From Podarcis melisellensis (Eukaryota), in assembly GCA_964234715.1 (NCBI GenBank), contig OZ174278.1: a stretch of 64,000 bases of DNA; one strand, written 5' to 3'. How positions within the stretch are numbered: position 1 is the first letter of the stretch; each line of letters starts with the position of its first letter. The notes below the pieces were generated by a model. It ran no database searches. It was not told the DNA's origin and saw only the letters and a list, made by a program, of their open reading frames with translations. The translations under genes were made by a program, and so were the position numbers. Of the stretch, positions 37,984-51,370 are shown piece by piece.

Positions 37984-39538
37984 CCTTTGAGGCTCTAGAA
38001 AAAGTTGGGGAAATGGAGGCTGAAGGAACAATGCATAGAAGACTGTGGTTCTTTTTTTTCTGTGGCAGACCAGACATTGCATTAGCCGCCACTCCAACAA
38101 GCATTATTTATTTTGGATTTCAGTTACACAGCTAAAAAGGTTAACAAGAGAAAGACCGCTCCCACAATCTTTCAACCTTCAAATGTTCAGAAATTGTACA
38201 GAATAAAGCAGTAGAGCAGAGATAGGCAACATGGTGTCCTCTAGATGTTTCAGACTGCAACTTCTTTAATAGCTGTTCACCCCACACATCTTTCAAAACA
38301 TGTGTTTGTCTTCCTCATATGTTACGCTGTTGGCATTCCAATGCTAAATAAACATGTAACATCTGTAACAATAATTAAGAGGAGCTTAAACACTACATGC
38401 AAAAGTATGCAACAAAACCCAGTCAGACAGGTTATATTGCTAGAGAAAAAACACATTGTTCAGGAGGAGAAAATTTGGATCACTGAAGCAGCAGTGTGCA
38501 GATGTATGGAGTGACTTCTTTCTAACAAAATATACTATCAGGTTATTATTTTCATGTGAGGATTAGTTCTGCCCTTCATTATGATCATGCCTTTGAAGAT
38601 TATGAACCCTGGATATGCTTCCAAATAAATCAGCAAGCCAAGTTTGCAACAAACATCTGTGATCTCTTCCTGTATATAGAGTAGTGACTTTCTGAGATGC
38701 AGTCAAAGTATTTCTTTAGTCAAACGCTGGATGGCTTCTTTTGTATGTTCTATTAAAGCTTGAATAATTTCCATGTATCTGAGATGGCTCGCTAGCACTA
38801 AAAAGGTGTTTCTGCGCCTTAATCAGTAATGATTTTGACTTCAGTTATTACTGAAATTGCAATTACAGTCTAAACCAGATGCTTCAAACTAGGGGCCATT
38901 AATCCACATTAAGAATCTAAACTGGTGGCCTGCTACCCAGGAGACTGCCACAAGAGTCAATATAAACCGCTGGAGACAATTTCATCTTAAAAGTTTTCTA
39001 AAAGCTGCAGGAAGTAGGGCTCCATCATTTTAAGGAAAATGGTTCCTGAACATTCCTCCCCATGTATAGCTTTTCTAAATCTTGTCACAATTTGCTGTTC
39101 TAGTTCCCCCTCTGCTTCTGCTTTCGTACTATTATTTTTTCCTCCACCACCACCCCTGAATTATCCTAGCTAACCAGATGTAATCACAGCATTTTATGGC
39201 CAATGTATCTGTTACTTCAGCAATCCATCAGCACTACTTTAAAAGGAGAGGAACTGCCCAAAGTTGTTGGTCTTTAACAGAGCTCATAGAAACATCCTGC
39301 AATACCATCTTGTTCGCTTTCAATCTTCTGTAGCCAGATGGAATGACTTCTATAGATCACAGATGATGGAGGAGCTTGAGGGATCTTATAATCAGTGCTG
39401 CACATTAAGAGGTTCTGCAGCTTCATCTTTCTCCCTCTCCTATGTCCCAATGGATTGGCATGCTTAAATATCAAAAAGGGAAAGTGTTTAACTTTGGCAG
39501 ACCTTGATTCTGTAAATCATTCTGCGGATTGTCTATAC

Positions 39539-39722
39539 CAGTGGTTCCTGAATAGCTAAGTAGTGCAGACCCCCTGCTTTTCCAAAGCCAAGCCATGGAC
39601 CTCTTACTTTTGAAAATGTTGATATCTCCATGATAGTTTTTCTTATGTGACTGGTGCCATGGACTCCCTGGGAGGGTTATACAGATCCCCTAGGTCCATG
39701 GACCACCAATGGGGAACCACTG
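39539..39722. mobile_element. hAT MITE
   Basis: TIR cagtggttcc / ggaaccactg; TSD gtctatac/ctctatat. Confidence 0.8.
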
Positions 39723-41312
39723 CTCTATATCATTCTGCAGATCCTAAACTTCCATCTAATCCCGAACATCTGGCCATTCCTGTGAACAGCTTGCATGTTT
39801 TCACATTCATCATCTATTTAAATATATGCAAAAGTAGAGTTCCCAGACTAATGAGATGTCCTTCTGAACATGTCCTATTCTAAAAGAACTAGAAGAAACA
39901 GTCAAAGAACTAGTAATTGGAATGGTTCTGATCTGAAGCAGACGGTGTTCTACTACAAAACAATGAGAATAGAATCTGGCTCTAGTTAATAAAATCCTTT
40001 AATTAAATCTCAGTAACGTGTGCTATATTGAAGTTTCAGTACTACTTCCACCTAATTCTATGTGTCACTCCTGGACTGAGAAAGGTTTTTATATCCAGAT
40101 GATCCAGTGTCCATTTCCACTTTAATTAGCTTAAATTAAAAAAAGGTTGATTAAAAGGAGCCTAATCATTGCGCCTACATTGCTCAAGAAGAATAAACTT
40201 AAGTAGCAAGGAAGGTCTCAATCAGAGCCATACATTATTCCCAGAGGCAATGTGGCATATTTCAGCTGTCTAATTTAAAATGCATTACATAGAAAGTGCA
40301 TCCTTTCAAATCAGAAAATTAGTATTCCTCTATTGTTTGTTGTACCAATTGTGTGCATTAACTTTTGAGATTCTCCCCTCTGCCTATGAATATATATCTC
40401 TCAATTGTCTGAACATAGATTTTTGACCCTCTGTTATAAGTTGCAGACATTCTTGATTTGCTATAGCAAGCATTTGTGGTTAATGTTACGGTAACTGTTA
40501 AATAGCTTATTGCTACCACACTAATGACTTCCTATTTCTGTAGTACATACAACACAATATTGCATCACATTTGTTTAAATTCAGCATGTTTCACAACAGG
40601 AATCTTTGCTTCCATTAGAAAAGGGGAAGCACAGGGATAAAAGATGCACTAGTGTTCGAGGGCGTAGAGAATAGATTCAGAACTGCCTGCAGTACACTGC
40701 CTATGGGAAGCCTTGGTGCTACCTGAGGAAACTCTGATTTGGTGGAGACACTTGGTGAGACTTGGTTGGAGCTTGATCTTTGGATCCTTTGCCACTTTCA
40801 TCAGTCTTCTGGTGTTCAATCCATTCTTACACACACACACACACAAATACACGCACTCTTACTTGAGAGGGTGAGTTTTGCATTGCACCTTAGATTTCTG
40901 AAGACAAAAGATCATCTTGGGTTGTGGTGGTCTGGTTGTGGAATGCCCTCCCCAATGAGGTTGGGACTCATTGTGTAGTTTTTGCCACAATCTGAACACA
41001 GTCTTTGTGCAAGCATTCTGAAGTAACTGCATTGGTCAGTCCCTATTGCAGAACTAGTGTAGCTGCAATTTTTATTTTATTTTTTTCTAGTGATTTTTGC
41101 ATGCAACCTGCAAAGGACCCACCTCACTAACTGCATCATTGAATTAAATATAAAGCTGATGGACAGAAAATTTCATTGTCACATCTAAACCATGGGAAGA
41201 GGTGGCTCCTTTTGAACTTGAAAATAATTTAGTGCTTTTATCTGTTAGCAGTCTTTTCTGTTGCTGCCATGGTTTATTAACTTGATTGAATACTTGTTGA
41301 GGCAAAACAAAG

Positions 41313-41338
41313 GTGTGTGTGTGTGTGTGTGTGTGTGT
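41313..41338. repeat. (GT)n microsatellite
   Basis: Seen directly. Confidence 0.95.
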
Positions 41339-42593
41339 TTGGATTTCAATCCAGATCTCCAAAGTGGATCCTATTTCCTGGCAAGTGTGGAATATAAAAA
41401 GAAGGGGAGGGAACCCTAGACCCTGACCCTGCATGGTGACCAAAGTGTTACAGATAGGATTATCCTAGGTTCGGTGCTATATTTAACAGTTCTTTCTTTG
41501 TGATAGCTCCAGAACTGCCATTCCTTTAGAACTGAACTGTCCTTCCCTTGGAACCTATTATCATCATAAGGTATAAAATGAGCATATTTCTCTTGCACGG
41601 CTCCTCAGAAAGAGTTCTACTCTTCATTTATATTTAGTTACAAAGCAATTTGATATTGTTATATGAGTAATTAAGCAATATTTAGACTGACCACTGACAT
41701 GATGTACAGATCACTGGAAATTCTCATTCAAGGCTAGCTATGGTTCCAAGTAATGAATAAACAATTTTAAGGACAATTGATGAATGCACACCATTCAACT
41801 GGATAGAATTCAATACAACTCAAATCCACTTTATTTCTAGTTAAAATGCACGCTTCAACTGAAATCAGACAATTTCTATACATACTGTCTAGACTGGCAG
41901 CAGCGCAGAAAGTCAGTTTTCTTTGCAAATTTACATTACAATGAATTTAAAAGCAATTCAGAAGATTGACTTTTGGACTAACTTTCCTTGTGCAAATGGA
42001 AGAATGGAATCTGCCTATCAATATGATGAAATAGAGGAAGCATTTGCTAAGTACATTATGTGTGGCACTGAAATGTCTATCATTAACTTCTACAGAATAT
42101 TTTTGTTAAAAAAAAATTGCCAGGCTTTCCAATTTAATATGAATTACATAAAAATCAATGGATTATAGCATAATTCCTAACATTGCATAGGTTCCCTTTG
42201 ATCAAATCAGAGAAAATCGCTTTAACTAGAACCTAAAATTGGAAAAGCACCCTTATCTTCTATAAACTGAACTCATATAAAACATGCAAGCAGCAGTGGC
42301 AAAAAATGCATAAAGTCACCAATATGTGTGTCCTTTCACAGCTTTTAATTTTCAGGTGAGAATAAACAAGTAAGATCATAATAAAGAAATCCATTTGAAT
42401 TGCAAATGGATACCTTCTCATACTTCCTTCAACACATGTAGGAAAAGGGGAGCGACATTGTGTGTGAATGCTTTTGATGGTCCAAATACATATTGTGCAT
42501 CTAGGCTGCTTCTGCTTAGCAAAGTCACTTTGTAATACAGACTAAGTCACAGTCACTGGTTACAATAGCAGTGATTCTGGCTCCATAATCACT

Positions 42594-42645
<52 letters not shown>
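42594..42645. repeat. (TAAC)n microsatellite
   Basis: About 13 perfect copies. Confidence 0.97.
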
Positions 42646-44859
42646 CCCAAAGAGCTTATCTGACTTCCTGATAAGAGAATTAAGTTACAAACTGAATGAT
42701 CCCTGCTTTGGACAATTCCAACACTTCTGACCCATATCAGGGTTCCTGGTCATGTAGGGCAGAGCTTTACAAATAAACATCTGTACACAGTTAGTTTGCA
42801 GGCCTAGCTTTCAGAAGTCCACTGTTCCACAGAAAAAAACACTAGATAGGGTCAGCCCAGGGCCCAGACATCATATATCCCACTGCACCCCCCTGCATTT
42901 GCATTTATATGAACATCAGCAAAGGGAGAAACTGCCACATGCACAGCTGTACACAGGCACAGACGTCAGGGTAAGGGCTGGTGGGGTATGTTGAGGGCAG
43001 GGACAGCTGGCAAGGGCTCTCTTCTGGGTCACTTATTTTTTGTATGTGTATCACAAACATCTAAGCAGTGCCTGATGTCACTTGGCCCACTTCCTTGTCC
43101 TCATACACACTCACTTATGTGGATCAGTTGTCTGGCCTGGAAAGGCTTTTAGCAGTAACGACTGCAGGTAAAATTCAACAGTAACCTTTACACACATTTG
43201 AGGAAGCAGTTCCCATCACCTCTGTGTCTTGTGTAGCTGTAGGTGTAGGAAACTCAACTTTAAAGTTTTCCCCCCACTACTACATCTCTGTTCCTTACCT
43301 GATTAATTTCCTGTTGTCACACAGTTGATAAAGATACAAGAGCTTTGCTAAATAAATAAGTAGAAGCCTTGGGGGGGGGGGGGAGAAGATAAATTCTTTC
43401 CTCTCTTTGACATGCCCCTTTCCCCATCAAGTGATTTCTTTATGGTTTTCATCATGTCTAATGTAGATACAATCAAAGTGCCAGACATGCTGTGAAAATT
43501 CAGAGTCATGATGCTGAATAAATTCAGTTCCTGTGACTGGCAGCTCTTGTGAGTGAAAAGAGAGAAGCTTTTTAAAAATTAATGTTTGTGAAATTCCTGA
43601 TGGTACTAGAGAGTGCCAACCACTAACAAACATTTGTTTGCTTAGATCTGGCTGAGAAATATTGTGAAACAGATCAGGCTTCAGTGATTCATTATTTATT
43701 GTGCACCAGCTTGATCACCGCAAGGTCCAATGAATTGAAATTAACTTGTTAGCTGTGCTAACATTTGTGTCGATCCCAAACTGGGGCCCTGGTCTTAAAG
43801 AAGGACCTGTAAAAAAACATAATGCATTATTTCTGTAGCTATTCTTGATAGTGTATATCAAGCTCACAAACTGGATAAACATGGGAAGGGAACAAAATAT
43901 TTATGTGGCAATCTGTGACAGCAATATTCCTATTGTCAGAAGCTGTTCATAGATGCTGGGTACGCTGACATTTCCCTATCCAGATTTCATATATAGACTC
44001 TTCTGTGTGTAGACAGACAAAAGGCAACTAGATTCACTATGTTGGCAGCTTAGCATATTTGTTCACTGAAACTACACAGGAATTTGTTTCCTCTACTTTG
44101 AAACTACAGAACATCTGCCTGGCAAAGTGGAGCAATGCTAAATTGCAGCATAATGCAGTCCATTGCTTTTAAATTCTTTTTCAATTGCAGCCATGTCTTT
44201 TCTGCTGACAGTGTGGGGGGAAAACACAAAGCAAGCAAAACAAAACAAAACAAATGCCAAGTAAACAAGGGAACTGTAGCAATTCCTGCTAAGAGCATAC
44301 TAATGAGATCAGTGCTATATAATACTTCATTACTCAGGTGATAACTAACTGCCCATGTGATTGAGCCCCCTTCCTCACAACACACTTTTTTGCCATTCCA
44401 TATGTTTCAAAATCCTAATTCAGAATCTGAAAGAGTTCTAGTTGGGTTCATAGTAACGCCACAGTTAACATCAGTCATACCTGGAAGGAGTGGGCAAGGG
44501 CAGCTATCATACAGAAGAGGAAAGGTCGGTGAAGGGAATAAATAGATGGAGGTCCTGCACCCCTTTCTTAACAGACTAACTCCAGAGACTGTTGAATTTG
44601 CAATAGAAATCCTTCAGCGCCCAAACACCCTTTTTGGAAGTAGATTTATTTTGATTTCATATGGTTTTATAGGTTGAATGGAAATAGAGCTTGTTACATG
44701 GAAATAAGGCAAAAAGTAAACCCTCAAAATTCCTGCTTCATCCCTACCAACAGAAGTAACTTTGAAGCTGTAAGAATCACAGTATAGCAATGAACTCAAC
44801 ACTTCATTCTGCTTATTAATATATAATTGCATGGCAAGGCCCCTATTTCCTAAGGCACA

Positions 44860-45400
44860 AATAACTTGACAACACACAGCATATTGGGTTTTGGGGATCA
44901 AATAAGGCCACAACTTCCTTGGTTACAAATGTGAAAGGTTTGGCCATAGGCACTGAGGTAAGCAACAGTGCATGTCACTCCTGCCAGTCTGCTGGGAGTG
45001 TTTCTAAGAGTGAAGCCAGGGGGGTGGGGGGGAGAGAATGCCCTATGACCTACATCAATTCAGGACATTCCCCAAGTGGTCCCCATTGGAGGAGTGGTAT
45101 GGCCCTAGTGCCTGTTCGGACATTGGACAGGAGCCTAGGACAGACTAGGCTTACCCAAGGAGAGAGGCCAAAAGTCCCTGCCATCCTTCCCCTGGGTGCA
45201 GAGCCAAGCACTGTTATTGGTCAGTTGGCACCATGCCCAGGTGACGCCCCCTAGATTCCTGCCGCCATTGGCCAATTTGATGGTAGAAGTATGATCCGTC
45301 TGGCAATAGGCCAGTTCACAGGGGAGACACAGTGCCTGCCAGCAAAGCCACCCACCCGAGGAGGGCAAACAGACTTGCGGTTACAACTGAAAATCTGTGG
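44860..45400 (-). mobile_element. Probable Ngaro/DIRS-type terminal repeat remnant
   Basis: GC-rich block sharing ggccacaactt (44906-44916) and its context with 56035-56049. Confidence 0.45.
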
Positions 45401-46564
45401 GGTTCAGCTGGTAGGATTGAAATCAACCAAACTTAATACATAAAACTAAGTTCATAAGAAGAACATGCTGGATCGGGCAATGACCCATCTAGTATAGCAT
45501 TCTGCTGCCTATAGGATGCCAGATGCCTGTAGGAAACCCACCAGCACCACTGCACTCTCCCCACCTGTGATTCCCAGCAAGTGGTATTCAGAGACATATT
45601 GCTTCTTGCCAATGGAGGTAGAACATATCTATCATGCCTAGCATTTATTCATAACCTTGTTCTAAATGATTTTGTCATGGGATGTGCTTTGTACAAATTT
45701 TGTATTCTAAGCAGCATTCACACTGCTAGCAAAATCTATGGAGTGAGTCTTTTATTACATTACCCCAGTATTTTGAGTTTGGATTTGAATCAAAGTATTG
45801 CAAATTCAAGATTAACCTCAAATGCTGATTAACAAATGAATCAGAAATAACTTCAAAGCAATATGTCTCCTTTTTATTATTCTGTTACCTTGATGATTAT
45901 AGATGTAAAAGATCTGGCAAAACATCTACGCCTTGAAAGCACAATACATAAAACAAGCACTGCACATCTTGTAATTAATTAGGTTGATGTTTTTATTTTT
46001 GCATTGCCAAGATAGGTATTTTTCTCTTTGTTGCTGTTGATCATAAAAGTGTTACTTTATTTTTAGCCTAATATTGATCGTGTGCTATTGGGATCCTCAG
46101 TTTCAACAACCAACTTCAGATGCAATGTGAAAAGCAAGGACTGATTTTCCAGCTAGCTAATTCAGTGTCATTATGACTTTGTAGCTTTTAGCTGACCTGC
46201 TTTCCATGGTCCACAAAGGCTCTTATGATGCCATGGAGGGGAAAAGGTGAGGGAATGTTCTGCCTAAACCACTTGTGATGCAATGACAAGTGAAGGTTGC
46301 AACTGTGTCACACAGTTCAGGCAGGAGTGCAGGGGAGAGAAGCAAATATGACTGATTGAAGTGAAAACATTGCCCGCTCTCAGAGTGGAATGGAAGGAGG
46401 CTATCCAAGCTAGAACTCTCATGCTGGGTCCTGTGAGCTGTTGTCACACTGATATGTTGTCTCAGTTGTCACTGAGGGGTTAGCTCACCCAGGAGAAGAT
46501 GAGCGAAGAGAAGTCTCCACACATTTCAAACCCTCCGCAGCCCAGCATAAGGGTGGTGGTAGAG

Positions 46565-46860
46565 TGAATCATAGATTTGTAGAATCATTGAGTTGGAAGG
46601 GATCCTGAGGGTCATCTAGGCCAACTCTCTGCAATGCAGGAATCTTAACTAGATTAAGGTATATGTGGCCATTCAGCCTCTGCTTAAAAACCTCCAAGGA
46701 AGGAGAGTCCACCACCTCTCATGGGAATCTGTTACACTGTCAAACAGCTCTTACTGTCAGAAAGTTATTCCTGATGTTTAGTTGAAATCTCATTTATTGT
46801 AGCTTGAAGTCATTCATTTGGGTCCTACCCTAGAGAAAGAGAAAACAAGCAATGAGCATT
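46565..46860 (-). mobile_element. CR1 3' fragment
   Basis: gaatcatag..gagttggaagggatcc..ggtcatctag..gcttaaaaacctccaaggaaggagagtccaccacc..ctcttactgtcagaaagtt is the reverse CR1 3' end. Confidence 0.9.
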
Positions 46861-49800
46861 CTTCCAGATTTTCCTGTGCTGTGTTCATACATCTTCCTAT
46901 TAATCATTCATTTATCCCACACTTTTCAGCGCATTTCCCTATTAATATCCTAACCTTCAGAAATACAGAAGTGTTTTTTGGGAGCGTGTGTGCTATTTGT
47001 TGCACCAGGGTGACAGAGCACTTTAATTCACTTTAATTGTGCAAACTTAAAAGTTCTGGTATGCATTTGCATTCCTTTCTGCAAAATACTGAAAGTCTCA
47101 GGTGATCTGAGATTAACATCCACTGAAAATGGCACAGCATTGAGTATGCTACTGAATGGGTCCATATTTGTGTAATTACTAGCGCTCATTTGTTTTTCAA
47201 TGCTTTAAAAATAACTCCCCAAGTCATAGTTAATATTATTTATCAGGCTCATGTCTAGAAGCTTCAGTGCCAAGCCCATCTCAACCAGTTGAAATCCCTT
47301 CTTCCCCAGCCAGGCTTATGTTATGAAGAATGTCCCCAAATTGGTTCTTATATGTTAAATAACTAATATAAATGAGATTAAGAAAGCAGAGGTCAAGACA
47401 AAGAATTATTCAGTGGAAAGTAATTGACTATGAAAACCAAATTAACATCTGGATGTTTTACATGCAGAGGTGAGCATTATGGCAGGAGATGCTCTGTGAA
47501 CATATGAAATTGTTTTCCGAGAAGTCTCCTGGTGTTTGTTAGATGTCTAATAGCAAAAATGAATTTATTTCTTAATTAACTCTGCCTCAGGAGGCTATTA
47601 AAAATAAACCATTAGGTTTTGTTCATACTCAGACAATCCTGATAAATATAAAAGGTCAATTGACTGACCCTGTCCCTTAGGAGATAACTCTACTACCTTA
47701 CTGCATAGGATGAATCACAAGCTGGAAGTAATCCTGGCTATTTCGCTTGAAGTTTTTAAGGGTTTAAGTATCACAAAATTAATAGATTTTACTTTGCTGT
47801 AAAGGTGAGTGTGCTGGAAGGGTGACACTATATAAAAATGTTATTTGTGTGATTAGTGGAATGACTCAAGCGCAGGGGATTAATAGCATATGAATATGTA
47901 ACTTCTTCAGCAGCTAGAGGGTAAAAGGTTGAAAAAGAGCAGTGATGGCTTACCATTTAGGCTAGTGTGTCACAATTCAGAACTGATTCTTTATTTGGAA
48001 ATGTAATGGGGGTCGAGGAAAGAAGGTACAATAGGGTCTATGGTACAAAGAGCTGCTTCAACTCAAGGTAGCGGCTTCCAGTAGCCCAGTGGAACCTTGG
48101 AGCTGGATGTGATAATATGTCATAGAGGACACTGTACTGAAGGTCTGAGTGGCCACATAAAGCATTCCGATTCATGAATTTCCCCACCTTGCCTATTGCT
48201 TTACCTTCCTGCATAGCTGGGCTCACCCTAGAAAAGATTTCTATAAATTCTGAGCCAATACAAAACTGTGAGTTGCATCCAGCTAAGTTTACTTAGAATT
48301 GTCCCATTAAAATCAATGGGTCTACTCTGAGTGCCTAATAATGGATACAACCCCATGTGTTTGCTGCAGGTCTACTAACTACAGTACCTTTTCCTTTTCA
48401 TAGGGTGTAGACCTATGCATAAAAGTAAAATTCATCATTATTCATTATATGGTAAAGAAAATTGATCCTGAATCATAGACATGCAGACTCACATTTAGTC
48501 TCTGAAGTTATCATTAATGGATTACATCTACTGTGGGCATAGGAGCCAACTCTTAGGGGCTAAGGTCCTGGCCCCATTGCACAGATGAGGAATGGTGGGA
48601 GCCTCCCCCCCCCCCGCTCCTGATCAGGGTCCTGAATCTTCCCAGGAGCAGTTGGAGAGTATAGATTTGGAACAGTGGTTCACAGAGGGACATAGTTCAG
48701 AAGACAAAAGTTGGGAAGAACTGGGTGGTGAATTGATTCTAGGACATTTTGATTGATTCTAGGACATTTTGGAAAGAAGACACACATAGTGGCATTCTGA
48801 CTCAATTCCCATAAGGTTTGTGAGCCCCAATATCCTGGAATAATTCAAATCTTCAGTGGTGCAGGAAGTTCTCAAAAGAGGATGTTTGACTTGAGTGTTG
48901 GGGTGGGATGGCAGTCAAACTCCAACCAAATGTTGGTGGCAGGAGCAAACTTGAGTCCTGGAGCTCCCACAGGGCATGGCCATTTTACCTACCCTACCCA
49001 AAACCTCTACCAAAGCAACAGTCTGTCATTTTTTTGGTAGCCACTTGGAGAAGAAGCTGTAGAAAGAGGTGGCTATACAGAGTTCTAAAGTGCATTGAGA
49101 CTACTTCTGGAGGGCTGTAAACAGGGCAAAGGTGACATGCTTGATGGGGCAGGTCTTGTTAGCACCCATCCTTTCTCCCCTGTGTGATTTTCATCACTCA
49201 GCATTTTTGAACACCCATACAGAGCTCCAGTAAACTGAAAATGAGCATTCTTAAAACCCCAGCAAATAACTCTATGCAGCTGAGCAGAAATATCTACTGA
49301 AAAATGGAAGGTTTTTCATTTTCATACTCCTAATTTTTTTTCAACGTGCTGGGTGTTTTTGGAACTTTTGAAATGTTAATCACACACTGTATATGAGTGA
49401 TCCATTTCCTTGAAAAAAATATCCCTGAGCCTGTGCAAGAGGGAAAGCAAACAGCACAGTTGGAAGTACTTGTCTGTTCCTCTTGTATATAGTTTCATTT
49501 TCAGAAGTTAAATTCTGTGGATTACAACTACAGCTTAGCTCCAAGTTAGTGTTCTTAGTACCACAGCATTAGTCACACTTGAGAAGTTATGGAAAAAAAG
49601 GCCTTTTCTTGACACAGTGAGACTCACTGCTATACAGTTTGAGAACTCTGGTACTACAGCCAATAGAGTTTATCATACATTGAAGATTACTGATGTAAGC
49701 AATTGTTTGTAGAACTGTGTTGCTAATGCAGGGTTCTTTTTTGCAGTGCGATTCACAGAAAACACATGCCGCATTTTTTAATGATAGATTTTCCACAAGA

Positions 49801-50447
49801 ATGAGAGAGGGTTAATTGAAATGAATCACTTTTAAAATACTGTAATCCCATAATTTTGCACTATGCATTATTTTCCATAGCAATGGAAATACTCAATCCA
49901 TGGCAAATTAAATATTTACTAAATCTTTTGGCTAACAAGCTATATTCTTTACAGTTCCAAAGAACCACTTGGGGATGAAGATACTCAAAATAGCCTTTTA
50001 CCCTTATGTGCTACAAATAACAAAACAGACACGATGTGATAGCTATGTGATCATACCTCCTGATGTTAAACATAAAAATAAAATCAGCTGTCAGGAATCC
50101 TGAAATTAATTAGAGCAGTGAGGAGCTGGCAGATAGATAGTGTTTACCTTTTTCTCCTTGTGCAATTTCCTCTGTATATCACAAGCTGTACTATTGCCCC
50201 AGTCACATACCGCTCTTATGTGTCAACAGGGGGGCAATGGGTAAGGTCTGAGGGAGACACACACCCCTAGCCTAGTGAGCCCATTGTTCTTAACTACCTG
50301 TGGGGGATGAAGTTGTAGGGCCAAGCCACCGAGACTCTTCTCATACACTTGGCTGCAATCTGCTCCCCCCCCCAAAAAAAGGCTCAGGGTTTCTCAGATC
50401 CTGGTGCTTTCTTTGAGGTACACAGTGCTATTGGGGAAGGCAACATG

Positions 50448-50559
50448 CAGTTGAGCCAGTCACCTCACAACGTATTCTTTTATAAGAAGGTTGCATAGTC
50501 AGAGCTGACTATGCAACCTTCTTATAAAAGAATACGTTGTGAGGTGACTGGCTCAACTG
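50448..50559. repeat. Perfect inverted repeat, 55-bp arms and 2-nt spacer
   Basis: 50448-50502 is the exact reverse complement of 50505-50559. Confidence 0.97.
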
Positions 50560-51236
50560 TTGGTCCCCTTATGAGGCCTCTCTTGTCCAGGCGGCATTCA
50601 CATTGGTATTTTTGTTTCTCTGAGGGTGATTGAATATGCCCTGGCTTCAAAACCGATTCTTCATCATAGCCTTATGCCTCTGTGATGTCAGTAGTACAGA
50701 TTCAAAGTTCATATGCTGTTCAAAGACTGATCAATGGCAAAAGGGGCACTAGGATCTTGTTCCAACTCTCCCCTGTCAGTGACCCATGTACACTCATGGG
50801 TTTTTGAACTTGCAGCCTATTGTTGGTGGCCAGCTGTTCATTCACCAGGATGGATCATGGCTGATCAGGTGGCTGGGTACTAAGAGCAGCCCGGGGGGCT
50901 TGGGACCACCCCTTAATACAGACTCACTATTTTCACATTGGCGCTGTTACTTCTGCTGGTACAGGGTGGCTTGGAAAATTTGTCACCTCCTGATCAGGTT
51001 TGAGCTTGCAAACGTGGATGGAGTTCACCTGCCAGAAAGCGACAATTTACATTTGATTGGAAGATCTTTATTCAGGCCTTCTGCATTGGCCACGGGGAGA
51101 GGTTGGGTTGCTTGGAATCAGTCCGTGGTAGATCCTGCCTTGTGGCAGAACTGGCATTGGGCAGGGTCAACACAGTATAAGGTGGTCTCCATAAGGTTAT
51201 TTACCACAGCAAACCCAAGTGTGTGTTTGGTATCTG

Positions 51237-51370
51237 CAGGGTTTTTTTATCTGGAACTCACTGGAACTCAGTTCCGGCACCTCTCAGGTAAGCGCCATTG
51301 CCATTATAAGGAAACAGGAGAGGCATTCATGGTTAGTTCCAGCACTTCTTTTTGTAGAAAAATAGTACTG
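51237..51370. mobile_element. hAT MITE
   Basis: cagggttttttt..aaaaatagtactg; perfect TSD ggtatctg (51229-51236, 51371-51378). Confidence 0.9.

Noticed and set aside
40680-40740. GKPWCY kringle-like peptide
   Set aside because: Short match bounded by stops, lacking the other kringle cysteines
48732-48771. 20-bp tandem duplication
   Set aside because: Ordinary slippage or repair duplication
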